Notes: a model not told the origin generated them from the sequence alone. DNA of 63,806 nt, filler included, from Lama guanicoe (GCA_013239625.1; 77 parts of 75 records of this genome joined end to end with filler, not necessarily neighbours in it); one strand, 5' to 3'. Shown: positions 24,137-37,479, counted from the whole stretch's first letter. A program made the numbers and translations.

Positions 24137-24747
24137 ACAAACAAGCAGCTGGGTCTTGGCTCGGAGCAGGGACGAGACTGCCCCTAGGTCTTCCCCGAGC
24201 CCACCCCTAGAGCGCGACCAGGGCGGAGCGCCGAACGGGGCGGAGCGCGACCAGGGCGGAGTGCCGGCGCAGAGCGCGCAGCCGCACAGAACAGCGGAGC
24301 TACCGGCGGCGCAGGCAGGGGGAGNNNNNNNNNNNNNNNNNNNNNNNNNNNNNNNNNNNNNNNNNNNNNNNNNNNNNNNNNNNNNNNNNNNNNNNNNNNN
24401 NNNNNNNNNNNNNNNNNNNNNNNNNNNNNNNNNNNNNNGGGCAGTGACCCGCCCGCCCACAGCAGAGGAGAGCTGCATCTGACCCCGTGTTAGGAGGAGG
24501 CGCATCGGCTTGCCGAGAGGTGCTGGGAGCAGCACAGAAGAGGGCGCCAACGGAGGGCCTATGAAAACAAGCTGAACTTCCAAAACAGGACGAAGACAGG
24601 ACATCACATTAAAAGCACACACACTCCAGGAGAACACCGACAACCCCCCCCCCTTTTTTTTCTTTTTGGTTTTTGTTTTGTTTTGTTTTGTTTTTTTATT
24701 TTTTGTTTTTTTTTTAATCTGTTTTTACCTGTTCTATTTTCAATTAC
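24137..24747 (+). mobile_element. Probable young LINE-1 5' UTR (CpG-rich internal promoter followed by T-rich tract)
   Basis: High CpG, duplicated gagcgcgaccagggcggag with GC boxes, then a C run and a T-rich region like that preceding ORF1 at 32151-32230. Confidence 0.55.
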
Positions 24748-24847
24748 NNNNNNNNNNNNNNNNNNNNNNNNNNNNNNNNNNNNNNNNNNNNTTAATTAAT
24801 TAANNNNNNNNNNNNNNNNNNNNNNNNNNNNNNNNNNNNNNNNNNNN

Positions 24848-24940
24848 CAGACAGATAGATAGATATATAGATACATAGATGATAGATAGATAGATATATT
24901 GATAGAATGATAGATTGATAGATTGATTGATTGATAGAGA
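24848..24940. repeat. Imperfect (GATA)n/(GATT)n microsatellite
   Basis: Seen directly. Confidence 0.9.
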
Positions 24941-24969
24941 CATGGTAGAGAGATATAGAGTTTAGATAG

Positions 24970-25106
24970 GCAAGACTGAAGCAGACTGAAATATACGGGA
25001 AAAAATTTGTGTTTACCAAAGTGGAAGGGATAGACAATTAAATGGTAGGACACTGACAGACAAAAATTAGTATACGTAAAGGAGATAAGCAACAAAGATG
25101 ATCTGT
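24970..25106 (+). mobile_element. LINE-1 3' UTR fragment
   Basis: tttaccaaagtggaaggg...gataagcaacaaagat. Confidence 0.6.
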
Positions 25107-25863
25107 NNNNNNNNNNNNNNNNNNNNNNNNNNNNNNNNNNNNNNNNNNNNNNNNNNNNNNNNNNNNNNNNNNNNNNNNNNNNNNNNNNNNNNNNNNNNNN
25201 NNNNNNNNNNNNNNNNNNNNNNNNNNNNNNNNNNNNNNNNNNNNNNNNNNNNNNNNNNNNNNNNNNNNNNNNNNNNNNNNNNNNNNNNNNNNNNNNNNNN
25301 NNNNNNNNNNNNNTTTTTTTTTACTCTTTTCCTTTTATTATTACTGACTCAAATTATTTCTATTTCTTTTGTGAACATGTTACCAGATAGATGTATTTAT
25401 ATTTATTGCAACTGATTTCCTATATTTCTCTCTTTAATTCATATAGAATAGTAGCATTTAAAAACATACCCAAATAAACAGTTTCAAATTCCTGGTGGTC
25501 TCTGCTTAGTATTTTGCTCAATGTTTTGCATATATTTGCCATTTTATTTTTCTTAGAATACCTGTTTTCTGCACCTCTTTTAAGGTGCCTCGGTTTTGTT
25601 TTTTACATCTCACTCAGGTTAGTTTTTCTGGTAAAGTCTTTATTTTCACTTTATACCTAAGTGATAACTGTATAAAGTAGAGTATTCTTGGGTGAGATAT
25701 TTCTTATTTCAGTGGTTTGAAAATGTCATTTTAATTACCCTTGGCGTCTGTTTTCTTCTCAGCNNNNNNNNNNNNNNNNNNNNNNNNNNNNNNNNNNNNN
25801 NNNNNNNTTAATTAATTAANNNNNNNNNNNNNNNNNNNNNNNNNNNNNNNNNNNNNNNNNNNN

Positions 25864-26795
25864 CCGTATTCTATAATCTATACTCTGTGTTCAACATTCT
25901 ATATTCTAAATTATATATTAAGAATTTTGTATTCTATATTCTAAATTCTGTGTTCTGCTTTCCGTGTTCAAAGTTCTCTGTGCTATACTCTCTATTCTCT
26001 GTTCTATATTCTGTTTCTACATTCTATATTCTTAATTCTATATTCAGTATTCTTTATTTTATATTCTAAATTCTGTGTTCTACATTTTATAGTCGAAATT
26101 CTATATTCAGTATTCTGTTTTCTATATTCAATTCTTAATTTTCTGCATTCCATGTTCTCAATTCTGTGTTTTGTTTCTGTTTTTCATATTCTATATTCTG
26201 TGTTCTACATTCTATATTCTGTATTCTATATTCTGCATTGCGTTTTCTATAGTCTATATTCTGTGTTCTACATTGTATATTCATATCCTATATTCAGTAT
26301 TCGGTATTCTATATACTTAATTCTGTGTTCTGCATTCCATGTTCTCAATTCTGTGTTTTGTTTCTGTTTTTCATATTCTATATTCTGTGTTCTACATTCT
26401 ATATTCTAAATTCTATATTCAGTAATCTGTATTCTATATTCTTAATTCTGTGTTCTGCATTTCATGTTCTAAATTCTGACTTCTAGATTCTGTTTTCCAT
26501 ATTCTAAATTCTGTGTTCAGTATTCTACATTCTGTATTCAATATTCTGCATTCCGTATTCTGTATTCCATATTCTGTGTTCTACATTCTATATTCTAAAT
26601 TTTTTATTCAGTATTCTGTATTATATACTCTTAATTCTGTGTTCTGCATTCCATGTTCTAAATTTTGTGTTCTGTATTCTGTTATCCTTATTCTATATTT
26701 TGTGTTCTACTTTCTATATTCTTTATTCTATAATTTACATTCCGTGTCCTATATTCTATATTCTGAATTCTACATTCTATATTCTAAGTTCGATA
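25864..26795. repeat. AT-rich heptamer satellite
   Basis: Marker ctgcatt(c/t)catg at 26143, 26330, 26455, 26644. Confidence 0.95.
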
Positions 26796-28054
26796 NNNNN
26801 NNNNNNNNNNNNNNNNNNNNNNNNNNNNNNNNNNNNNNNTTAATTAATTAANNNNNNNNNNNNNNNNNNNNNNNNNNNNNNNNNNNNNNNNNNNNTTTCA
26901 CTCCAGTGTTGGTCACCATTGGGAAGCACCTGGGATACTCAGCTTCATGGCAGGAAAGCCCTATGCATGAAGGGGCACGTCTTCTCAAGGGAAGGCTCGC
27001 TGTGGCCCAGAGCTTCATGGGACATGGTGAGTCTCTACTTCTGGGACACAGTATCATGACACGCATTTTCCCACAGCCTTGAAGTTCATGGAGAATGTGG
27101 CTTCATCAGTAACAAAGAAGACATTTATCGCCTGTCTACTCTTTTGTGTCATCTCTCAGTTGGCTGCTGGAGACAACATGAGTATAAGTATTGGATCTCC
27201 TTAAGCCCCAAAATATATGAAGTAACAAATAATTCTGTGGCTTAACATTGGTTCAGGGTGACTGTGTAACAGTTTTGACTCTGCTGATGCTAAATTATGG
27301 GTATAGGAACTATGGAACCTCCTCAAATATCTTTCATCATAAAAACANNNNNNNNNNNNNNNNNNNNNNNNNNNNNNNNNNNNNNNNNNNNNNNNNNNNN
27401 NNNNNNNNNNNNNNNNNNNNNNNNNNNNNNNNNNNNNNNNNNNNNNNNNNNNNNNNNNNNNNNNNNNNNNNNNNNNNNNNNNNNNNNNNNNNNNNNNNNN
27501 NNNNNNNNNNNNNNNNNNNNNNNNNNNNNNNNNNNNNNNNNNNNNNNNNNNNNNNNNNNNNNNNNNNNNNNNNNNNNNNNNNNNNNNNNNNNNNNNNNNN
27601 NNNNNNNNNNNNNNNNNNNNNNNNNNNNNNNNNNNNNNNNNNNNNNNNNNNNNNNNNNNNNNNNNNNNNNNNNNNNNNNNNNNNNNNNNNNNNNNNNNNN
27701 NNNNNNNNNNNNNNNNNNNNNNNNNNNNNNNNNNNNNNNNNNNNNNCAAAGTCTCTGACCCTCACCACTCACAGGAGTAGAACGGCCACAGCAGAAGATG
27801 GCTCTTCACATTGCAGGATGAGAACAAAATAAAGACGCCCCAACAGGCACTCCCAGAGACAGCGCTCAGCAGTCTTCTGCACAATCACGGTTGTGTAGCC
27901 CTCATCACCTTCTATTTCCAGAACACTTCACCAGCCCAAAAGAATCCCCCTATCNNNNNNNNNNNNNNNNNNNNNNNNNNNNNNNNNNNNNNNNNNNNTT
28001 AATTAATTAANNNNNNNNNNNNNNNNNNNNNNNNNNNNNNNNNNNNNNNNNNNN

Positions 28055-28883
28055 CTTCCACTGCTCATAGAGAGGCACTCGCTATTTCTTTGGTTTAGTG
28101 TCCTACCACACCTTCGCTCAGAGCCCGGGCTATGGAAACACTCAGGGAAGTCAAGCCAAGTGATTCTATTAGATCCCAGGTGCTGCTGTCATTTGGAGGA
28201 GCCTTCCCACAATCAGGATACCTGAGCACGTCTCCGTTTGTGTGCTGGAGGTGGGGAATCAGAGTCCACGCATCTTTATGGGGACCCAGGTGTTCCAAGT
28301 TTGGGGAAGAAGTTTCAAATCCTCCAGTGCCCACAGTAATGCACTCGCTTATTCTTGGCTTTAGAGCCCATTCCCCACCATTGCTCACTGCTAGGTCTAG
28401 GAAAAAACTTAGGGAAGTCAAGCAGAGTTATTCTAATAGAACGCAGGCGCTGCTGTCAGTTGGAGGATCTTCCACACACTCAGGATTCCGGATCCCAGCC
28501 TTGTGTGTGGGGGAGGTGGGTATACCCAACCCACACAGATGAAAGGGGGCACAGGTGTTCCACATTAGCGTGAAATCCTCTAAGTACTTCCTCAGTAAAT
28601 AGGGGGGCACTCGTTGCTACTTGGACTTCAAACCCAACCCCCACTTTCCCCCACACTCCAGCCTAGGCATGCCATCAGATAAGACAAGCTAAGGGATTCT
28701 ATTAGAACCCAGGCGCTGCTGTCAGTTGGAGGAGACTCCCCACACTCAGGATACATGAACAAGTCTTTGTGTGTGTGCTGTTGTTGGAGATACATAGTCC
28801 ACGCTACTTTAAGGCGGCACAGGTGTTCCCAGGAAGTGAATGTACTTTAAACACCTCCACTGCCCATAGAGAGGCACTCGCTA
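28055..28883. repeat. Family B satellite
   Basis: Three gctgctgtca cores; 28577-28883 is near-identical to 49275-49581. Confidence 0.92.
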
Positions 28884-28983
28884 NNNNNNNNNNNNNNNNN
28901 NNNNNNNNNNNNNNNNNNNNNNNNNNNTTAATTAATTAANNNNNNNNNNNNNNNNNNNNNNNNNNNNNNNNNNNNNNNNNNNN

Positions 28984-29615
28984 GTGGTGTTAGGGCACTG
29001 CCCGACCGATATATATAACAGCAGGAATAAGCACTAACTAGGTTTCTGAGTGAAAAATGCTATTAGTTTTAAATCTACTCAAGTAAACATGCAGAGAAAT
29101 CATGGTAAGTGCTTGAGATGTAGCCTTGCTGTTTAGGTGAGATAAAGGAATGCTTCTACACTTGTTCCATTTTGGAAACATATGTGAGTGGAAGCCAATC
29201 TTCACCTAGGTTTTTGAGAACCCAGAGTTTCTGGCCTCGGGGAATTACGGTGCTTACTTATATAAGGGGAGGCACAAGCTCCAGGTGGCTTTTCCATTCC
29301 AAAGAGCTTTTACTTGAAACCGGCTTTCAGAATCATGCTGAGAAATCAGTTAGTGTTTCTATATGTCACTCTACCATTTATGCTAAGAACTCCACACCAC
29401 ATGCTCAATTTTCAGATATGTATGAGTTTGGAAGCCATCCTTCAACTAGCTAATTGGGAACCCATAGTTTCTGGGGTAGGGAAACTACGCTATATACATA
29501 TCTATGGGGATGCACTAGTACCAAAATGGTTTTTGACTGCAAACCGCGTTTACTTGCAACCGGCTCAAAAACATACTGAGAAATCAGAGTAAGTGTTTCA
29601 GTATGTCACTTAACC
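28984..29615. repeat. ~240-bp satellite (family C, diverged subfamily)
   Basis: gagaaatca at 29094, 29340, 29578; reverse complement shares ggagcttgtrcctcccc and aacctaggtgaag with 31822-32050. Confidence 0.8.
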
Positions 29616-29715
29616 NNNNNNNNNNNNNNNNNNNNNNNNNNNNNNNNNNNNNNNNNNNNTTAATTAATTAANNNNNNNNNNNNNNNNNNNNNNNNNNNNN
29701 NNNNNNNNNNNNNNN

Positions 29716-30139
29716 TTTTGTGCAACAAGAGAAAAGCAACTTGTCACATAAAAGGGTATATCCAAAAGACTAATAAATGAATTTCTCAGCCCAAACCTTG
29801 CTTATCAGAAGATAATGGGATGATATACTCAAAGTGTTCAAAGAGAAAAAAAAAACTTACTAACAAGCACTACTTTACCCAACAAAGCTCATCATCTAAG
29901 ATTAGGAACAGGACAAAGATCCTTACTCCTGACATTTCTATTCAAAATAGTACCGGAATTCCCAGCCAGAGAAATTTAGGCAATTTTTTAAAAGGCATAC
30001 AAATTATAATGTAAGAAGTAAAGTTGTCTCTGTTTGCAGATGACTGATTATAAATGTTTTCCCTAAAAAAAAACTACTATTAAGCTATTGGAACTGATCA
30101 ACAAATTCAGTAATGTTGAAGAATACTAACTATATCAAT
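29716..30139 (+). mobile_element. Old LINE-1 with ORF1 3' part fused directly to the RT region
   Basis: gaatttctcagcccaaaccttgc..tgggatgatatactcaaagtg (ORF1), then ggaacaggacaaagat..tctctgtttgcagatgac (SLFADD). Confidence 0.78.
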
Positions 30140-30239
30140 NNNNNNNNNNNNNNNNNNNNNNNNNNNNNNNNNNNNNNNNNNNNTTAATTAATTAANNNNN
30201 NNNNNNNNNNNNNNNNNNNNNNNNNNNNNNNNNNNNNNN

Positions 30240-31199
30240 GAAAGATAAATAAGGTTGATAAACTTTAGCCAGACACATGAGCAAAAAATAGAGTACAGAT
30301 TCATTAACTCTGAAATAAATGAGAAATTAAAGCTTACATCAAAGAAATACAAAGCATCATATGAAGATACAACAAATTATTATATGCTAATAAAATGGAA
30401 ACCCTGGAAGAAATGGACAATATCTAAGAAAGAACTAATCTCCAGGATGGAATGAGAAGTAGAAAATATTAACAGATTAACACTAATGAAATTGAATAAG
30501 TAAATAAACAAAATCTCCCAAGAATCAAAATTCCAGGCCTAGAGAGCTTCACAGGTGATTTCTGCCAAACATTTAGAGAAGAGCTATCACCTATACTTCT
30601 CAGCATATTCCAAAAATTTTGAGAGGAAGGGAGGCTTCCTACCCCACATTTCTGTATCACACTACTACTAAAACAGGAATAAATACCTCAAAAAATTACA
30701 GGTTACATATTAGCGATTAGCATAGATTCAAAATTCATCACTAAATTGTTAGCATCTCAAACAATACATTAAGAGGATTATACATTATGAATCAGTCAAT
30801 TTTATTCCAGGGATACAAAAGTGATTCAATACCCACAAATTAATCAGTATGATACACCACACTAAGAACCTGAAGAATAAAATTAATATGGTCACCTCAA
30901 TAGAGTCATAAAATGTTTTGACAAATTCAGTATCTATCTATGAATATATTTCTCCTCAAATTGGGCATGAGGAAACATACCTCAAAACAGTTAAGGTCTT
31001 ATATGACAAGAACTCAGCTAACATGACACTCACTGATTAAAAGCTTAAAGCATCTCCAATAAGAGCAGGAAGAAGACAAGGGTGCTCACTCTTACAACTT
31101 ATAGTCATTGTAGTATTGGAAATTCTAGCCATAGCTATTCAAAATAAATTTAAATAAAATATAGCTGATTAAGAAAAGGAGTAAAAGTATCTGTTTGCA
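30240..31199 (+). mobile_element. Decayed LINE-1 ORF2 (Z domain to RT)
   Basis: ccaggcctagagagcttcacaggtgatttctgccaaacattt; ggaagaagacaagggtgctcactct; ends tctgtttgca. Confidence 0.9.
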
Positions 31200-31487
31200 N
31201 NNNNNNNNNNNNNNNNNNNNNNNNNNNNNNNNNNNNNNNNNNNTTAATTAATTAANNNNNNNNNNNNNNNNNNNNNNNNNNNNNNNNNNNNNNNNNNNNA
31301 AGTACTTATTTAAGTCATTTGCTGGTTTTTTGTTTTGTTTTGTTTTTTTGTGGTTTTTTGGGGTTTTTTTTCTGTCTGTTGGCATGTCTATCGTAGGGAT
31401 TTTTATAGTTATTTTCCATATGCAAGCTTTCAGTTGGTTACACGTTTTGTAAATATTTTTTATTCTGTGGGTTGTGTTTCACTCTCC

Positions 31488-31721
31488 ATCTTACTCTGTT
31501 TGGACTGCTATAACAAAAGCACCATAGACTGGGTGGCTTCGACAACAGACGGTGATCTCTCACAGTCCTAGAGGCTGGCAGTCTAAGACCAAGGGATGGG
31601 CAGAGTCCATGTCTGGTGAGGAGAGGCTGTTTCTGGGTCATAGTGTGCTGTGTCCTCTAAGGAGCTCTGGCATTCCTGTTATAAGGGCACTAGTCCCATT
31701 CACAAGGGATCCATCCTCGTG
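31488..31721 (-). mobile_element. MaLR LTR fragment (MLT1A-like)
   Basis: ctgctataacaaaagcaccatagactgggtggctt..tctcacagtcctagaggctgg..ataagggcactagtcccattca. Confidence 0.85.
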
Positions 31722-31821
31722 NNNNNNNNNNNNNNNNNNNNNNNNNNNNNNNNNNNNNNNNNNNNTTAATTAATTAANNNNNNNNNNNNNNNNNNNNNNN
31801 NNNNNNNNNNNNNNNNNNNNN

Positions 31822-32050
31822 GTTTGAAGTGCCTGCCGTTTTCACTGTAAAACCGAGTTGGAGCTTGTACCTCCCCATATATATGTATGGAGGGGAGTTG
31901 GCAACTGAAAAGAATATTGTGTTCCCTTCAACCTAGGTGAAGGTGAAGGACGTCTTTCACACACACTTACCTCTCAAAACTGAGCATGTTGAGGGACGTT
32001 GGTTCATCCAGCACAAAGGGAACGTGAGGCAGTAGAGACACTAACTCTGG
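31822..32050. repeat. Family C satellite monomer
   Basis: Shares ttttcactgtaaaac, cttgtacctcccca and gttcatccagcacaaagggaacgtg with 46897-47377. Confidence 0.88.
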
Positions 32051-32150
32051 NNNNNNNNNNNNNNNNNNNNNNNNNNNNNNNNNNNNNNNNNNNNTTAATT
32101 AATTAANNNNNNNNNNNNNNNNNNNNNNNNNNNNNNNNNNNNNNNNNNNN

Positions 32151-33118
32151 TTTTCATTATAAAATGTCTTGAAACCTTTATTTATCACTTCTGTAAAATC
32201 TTTATCTCTCTCTTTCTTTTTTCTCTTTTACAAGTTGCATTAATTCATAGGCATTAGGTTGATAAACTCAATTAGGACGACAGTAGATAACTGAAACACT
32301 ATAAACCTCAGTGCCAGAGATGTAGGAGCAAGAAGCAGAGAAACCATTCCCAATTAAAAGAATGAGAGGAATCCCCTGAAAGAATGATCAGTGAAATAGA
32401 CATCGATATCATACTAGATCAAGATTTCAAAAAAGGAGTGATCAAATTACTGAAGGAAATAAAAGAGATAGTGTTTAGAGATATAAAATATGTCAAAAAT
32501 GAAATGGAAGCTATAAAGAAGAGACAAGAAGTATAGGTAAACACGTTGAATGAGATCAGGAATGATCTAAAGGTGTAGCAAAGCTCACTAGATAACATAG
32601 AAGTACGAATAAGTGACTTAGAAGACAGGAAAATAGAAACTTCCAATTAGAAGAGCTACAGGAGAAACAATGAGAAACAAATGAAAAAAACAAAAGGGAT
32701 CTATGGGATAATAGAAAGAATGCCAATCTTGGCATGATAGAAGTCCCAGAATGGGAAGAAAAATCAAAGTGGATTGCAAAGGTTTTTGTAGAAATCATGA
32801 CTGAGAACTTCCCAAACTTAAAGAAGGAATCAGATATCCAACTACAGGAAGCTCAAAGTGTCCCAAACAGGAAGAACCCAAATACACCCACACCAAGACA
32901 TATAATTAAGTTGGCCAGAGTCAAGGATAAAGGAATTATCCTAAAGGCAGCATGAGAATAGCAAAGAGTGAGTTACAAGGGAATCCCCATAAGGCTCCCA
33001 GCTGATTTCACTACGCAAATACTACAAGCCAGAAGGGAGTGGCAAGATATATTCAAAGTTCTGAATGATAGAAATGATATTCCATAGTATACATTGATCA
33101 GCAAGGCTATCATTTATG
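32151..33118 (+). mobile_element. LINE-1 5' UTR end and ORF1 (disrupted)
   Basis: EIMTENFPNLKKESDIQLQEAQSVPNRKNPNTPTPRHIIKLARVKDKGIILKAA; in-frame stops. Confidence 0.93.
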
Positions 33119-33218
33119 NNNNNNNNNNNNNNNNNNNNNNNNNNNNNNNNNNNNNNNNNNNNTTAATTAATTAANNNNNNNNNNNNNNNNNNNNNNNNNN
33201 NNNNNNNNNNNNNNNNNN

Positions 33219-33733
33219 ATTACTCTGTATTGTATATTGTATATACTGTTTTCTGCATTCAATGTTCTAAATTCTGTATTCAGTATTCCATGTTCTAAGT
33301 ACTTGGTTCTATATTCTCTCTTGTTTATTCTTTATTATGTGTTCTACATTCTATTTCTGAATTCTATATTCAGTATTCTGTATTCTATATTCTAAATTCT
33401 GTGTTCTGCTTTCCATGTTCTAAATTCAGGGTTCTATATTCTGTTTTCCATATTCTTTATTCTGTGTTCTAAATTCTATTATCTGTATACATTTTCCTAT
33501 ATTCCGTATTCTAAAATCTATATTCTGTGTTCTTCATTCTATCTTCATTCTCTAAATTCTATATTCAGTATTCTGTATTCTATATTCATTATTCTGTGTT
33601 TTGAATTCCATGTTCGAAATTGTTGGTTCTATATTCTGTATTATATAATCTATAATTTGTGTTATTCATTCATTATTCTAAACCCTATATTTTGAATTCA
33701 AAATTAAATGTTCTATTTTCTGTGTTCTATATT
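33219..33733. repeat. AT-rich heptamer satellite
   Basis: Same 7-mer vocabulary as the other copies. Confidence 0.93.
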
Positions 33734-33833
33734 NNNNNNNNNNNNNNNNNNNNNNNNNNNNNNNNNNNNNNNNNNNNTTAATTAATTAANNNNNNNNNNN
33801 NNNNNNNNNNNNNNNNNNNNNNNNNNNNNNNNN

Positions 33834-34739
33834 GGCCAAATGCTGCCACCTAGGGTTGCCTATGCCACATGAACACCATTTCTAATAACAGCAGAACTAG
33901 AGAATTCCACAGACCAGCAAATCTTAAAAGTATTCAGCAGTTCAAAACTTCCTCTAAAAGGAAGGTTGAGAATACTCCCCTGAATAGAAAAGCAGCAAGA
34001 TGAAATGGAAAGAAGAAAACCATTATTGGAAATGCAAGAAGAGCATGAGTGGCAAAGAAGAAACAAGAAGAAGGCAAGGAGGACATCAAAACCCTAAAAA
34101 AACCTAAAGATGGGCGAGGGAAGCTGGAAATCATAGGTGATTGGAAGCACTCTTTTAAGTGAATCAGCTTATTTGACTCTCTGAAGCGAAAGGAGAGATG
34201 CATGGCCTGCGGTCATTGCAAAACTAGCAAGAAGCAGACCAACAAAGAAACAAACCAACAAACAAGCACCAAAATGGTACGGTTGGCTGACATATACCAA
34301 GGGAACCATGATTATTCAAAAGAAAATACTCAAGGTGATGTCAAGGATCCTTCAGCAAGCATCGACCCAGTATCGCGGCTTGCATGTACTCAGCACACTT
34401 GTATTCGGAAATCAGAAGCGTGCATTCATATTCGTAAATATAGATTCATAAGAGCATATCGTGACCTCAGCAAAATGCCGATTTGGAATCAAATTGATTC
34501 CTAGTACGTGATGTAGAATTGTATGTCTTCCAACAGGATGAAGGAATGCCATATTCTACGCTACGTAGAGAAGAAATGTAAGAAGCCTATAACAAAGGCA
34601 AGTAGCTCTGCCAAAGTGTACTAAGAGCAAAAGAGTCAGACAGTAAATGCACATTGGGATTGGTTTCATTTCTTGGAATTTCAGCCCCCGTGAAACCAAT
34701 GGATTCATGTCCTGAGAGTGTGGGTGTTTCAGCAGAAAT
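33834..34739 (+). repeat. L1-derived multi-kb repeat unit: ORF1 end, spacer and an L1M-3'-like segment
   Basis: 33834-34015 is a near reverse complement of 59539-59715 and overlaps 44349-44395. Confidence 0.8.
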
Positions 34740-35572
34740 NNNNNNNNNNNNNNNNNNNNNNNNNNNNNNNNNNNNNNNNNNNNTTAATTAATTAANNNNN
34801 NNNNNNNNNNNNNNNNNNNNNNNNNNNNNNNNNNNNNNNGGTGCATCTGGACCCCAGTGCTCCACTAAATCAGGACATCTTATTAAAACACTCCCATGTA
34901 ACCATGAGAAGTCAACAAAAGGGATAAGAGTCCCTCTTGTGAACATGGAGCCCTAAATGCACAAGGTCAGAACCACTGGGAGCCATTGCTCCGACCACAT
35001 GGAGGAGCCTGACAGGATATTAACATGAACTTTGCATGTATCTTCTCTATTAATGCTATTCATCTTCATATTACATCTGGAAATACAGTATCTTTCTAAT
35101 AGCTTTCTAGTAATTCTAGGAACATCATCAAGGATCTGCTTTTTCTTCAGCTCTTATAGGCTACACGCCAGATGGTCGCCAGATTATCCACTTAAACTAT
35201 CAAAGCGTTTAACCTTACTACTGTAAACAATCTTTTCACAGGGATGCAACTCACAGTTTATGAACCTGAAGAAAGCTCTTCCTAGCGGGAATACCCTGTC
35301 AGGGCGCTGTCCTGCGGCAGGAGTCCCAGCCTCTCCCCTTCTAGAAAAGGATGAGGTGCACTTCAGGGGACCTACCAGCTGCCACGCCACGGNNNNNNNN
35401 NNNNNNNNNNNNNNNNNNNNNNNNNNNNNNNNNNNNNNNNNNNNNNNNNNNNNNNNNNNNNNNNNNNNNNNNNNNNNNNNNNNNNNNNNNNNNNNNNNNN
35501 NNNNNNNNNNNNNNNNNNNNNNNNNNNNNNNNNNNNNNNNNNNNNNNNNNNNNNNNNNNNNNNNNNNNNNNN

Positions 35573-35810
35573 CTCTGCAACCGACAGTCAGAAGGAGCAC
35601 AGGGACGAGCACCAGGCGGTCCCACGAGGTGCATCCTCAGGTGTGAGGCCACTTTTTCCTCACGAAATGTGTAATGGTGTCCATGCTTCTGCTCTGCAAC
35701 CGACAGTCAGAAGGAGCACAGGGACGAGCACCAGGCGGTCCCACGAGGTGCATCCTCAGGTGTGAGGCCACTTTTTCCTCACGAAATGTGTAATGGTGTC
35801 CATGCTTCTG
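35573..35810. repeat. Exact 119-bp tandem duplication beside a gap
   Basis: ctctgcaaccgacagtc at 35573 and 35692. Confidence 0.9.
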
Positions 35811-35917
35811 TTCTGCCNNNNNNNNNNNNNNNNNNNNNNNNNNNNNNNNNNNNNNNNNNNNTTAATTAATTAANNNNNNNNNNNNNNNNNNNNNNNNNNN
35901 NNNNNNNNNNNNNNNNN

Positions 35918-36766
35918 AGAGAGCTTCGTGGAGTTATCTCTCGAGCTCCCGCACTCAATGACAATGTTTCCGGAGTCCTGAGCGTGGGGAGGTTACACCA
36001 ACGGTCGACAGCGCGTGGGTTCTCAGGGAATGCCTGTGCTCGTCTCCCCTGAGGGTTTTCCTCATTTCTCTGTGCCAGCTAATGCTAGGGGGGGTTGCAG
36101 GGAATCCCAGTGACAGAGGCTGCCTCCCCAAGGTCAGGGAAGTTATTTCTCGGACTTCCCCGAGCAGGGAACACCTGTGACTGAAGAGAGCTGCGTGGAG
36201 TTGTCTCTCGAGCTCCCCCACTCAATGACAATGGTTCCGGAATCCTGAGCGTGGGGAGGTTCCACCAACGGTCGGCAGCGCGTGGNNNNNNNNNNNNNNN
36301 NNNNNNNNNNNNNNNNNNNNNNNNNNNNNNNNNNNNNNNNNNNNNNNNNNNNNNNNNNNNNNNNNNNNNNNNNNNNNNNNNNNNNNNNNNNNNNNNNNNN
36401 NNNNNNNNNNNNNNNNNNNNNNNNNNNNNNNNNNNNNNNNNNNNNNNNNNNNNNNNNNNNNNNNNNNNNNNNNNNNNNNNNNNNNNNNNNNNNNNNNNNN
36501 NNNNNNNNNNNNNNNNNNNNNNNNNNNNNNNNNNNNNNNNNNNNNNNNNNNNNNNNNNNNNNNNNNNNNNNNNNNNNNNNNNNNNNNNNNNNNNNNNNNN
36601 NNNNNNNNNNNNNNNNNNNNNNNNNNNNNNNNNNNNNNNNNNNNNNNNNNNNNNNNNNNNNNNNNNNNNNNNNNNNNNNNNNNNNNNNNNNNNNNNNNNN
36701 NAAGAGAGCTGAGTTTCCTCTCGATCTCCACCACTCAATGACAATGGTTCCGGAATCCTGAGCGTG
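35918..36766. repeat. 267-bp satellite (family A)
   Basis: ctcaatgacaatg at 35954 and 36221 (period 267). Confidence 0.95.
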
Positions 36767-37479
36767 NNNNNNNNNNNNNNNNNNNNNNNNNNNNNNNNNN
36801 NNNNNNNNNNTTAATTAATTAANNNNNNNNNNNNNNNNNNNNNNNNNNNNNNNNNNNNNNNNNNNNAATTATATTTTATTTCACTTAAGGAAACAATAAT
36901 GTAAAAATTTCTATTAACATGCGCAATAAAAATACATAAAAATATCACTCACTTTTACAGAACTATTATTCAAAGTGTTTTACATATGCAGAGTCAGACT
37001 TGCCATGAAGCTGATGGAATTTGTTTCCGAGCATCTCATTTGTACAAGCCTTTCCAGGGACCTGAAAGTAGTCCTAGAATGAGTTTATATAGGCAGTTTT
37101 TTTTTGTTACATTTAGAAATACATTTATAATTGTGATTTTTTTCTTATTGTAGTTAATATTTTATTTTGTCACTGATATTTATAATCTGTCTTCTATTCC
37201 TTAAATAAAGCCACTTCAAAATGGAGGGGCTTTAAAAATTAAAGGGTCATATAGCCTTGAGCTGTGTTAGGTAGCTATATGAATGGACTGCATTAATTTG
37301 TTTAATTAATATGACAATATGCTTTACACACAAAGAAACAGGACAGGAAAGTTAAGGAACTTCTCTATGAAGGCTGTTTAGTTAATGATATAATATTCAA
37401 AACAAGGCCGTCCGGCTCTTGAGTCCCCTGTTCTGAAAGTCCACACTTATAGACATAGATATTAACACAGATGGAACTC

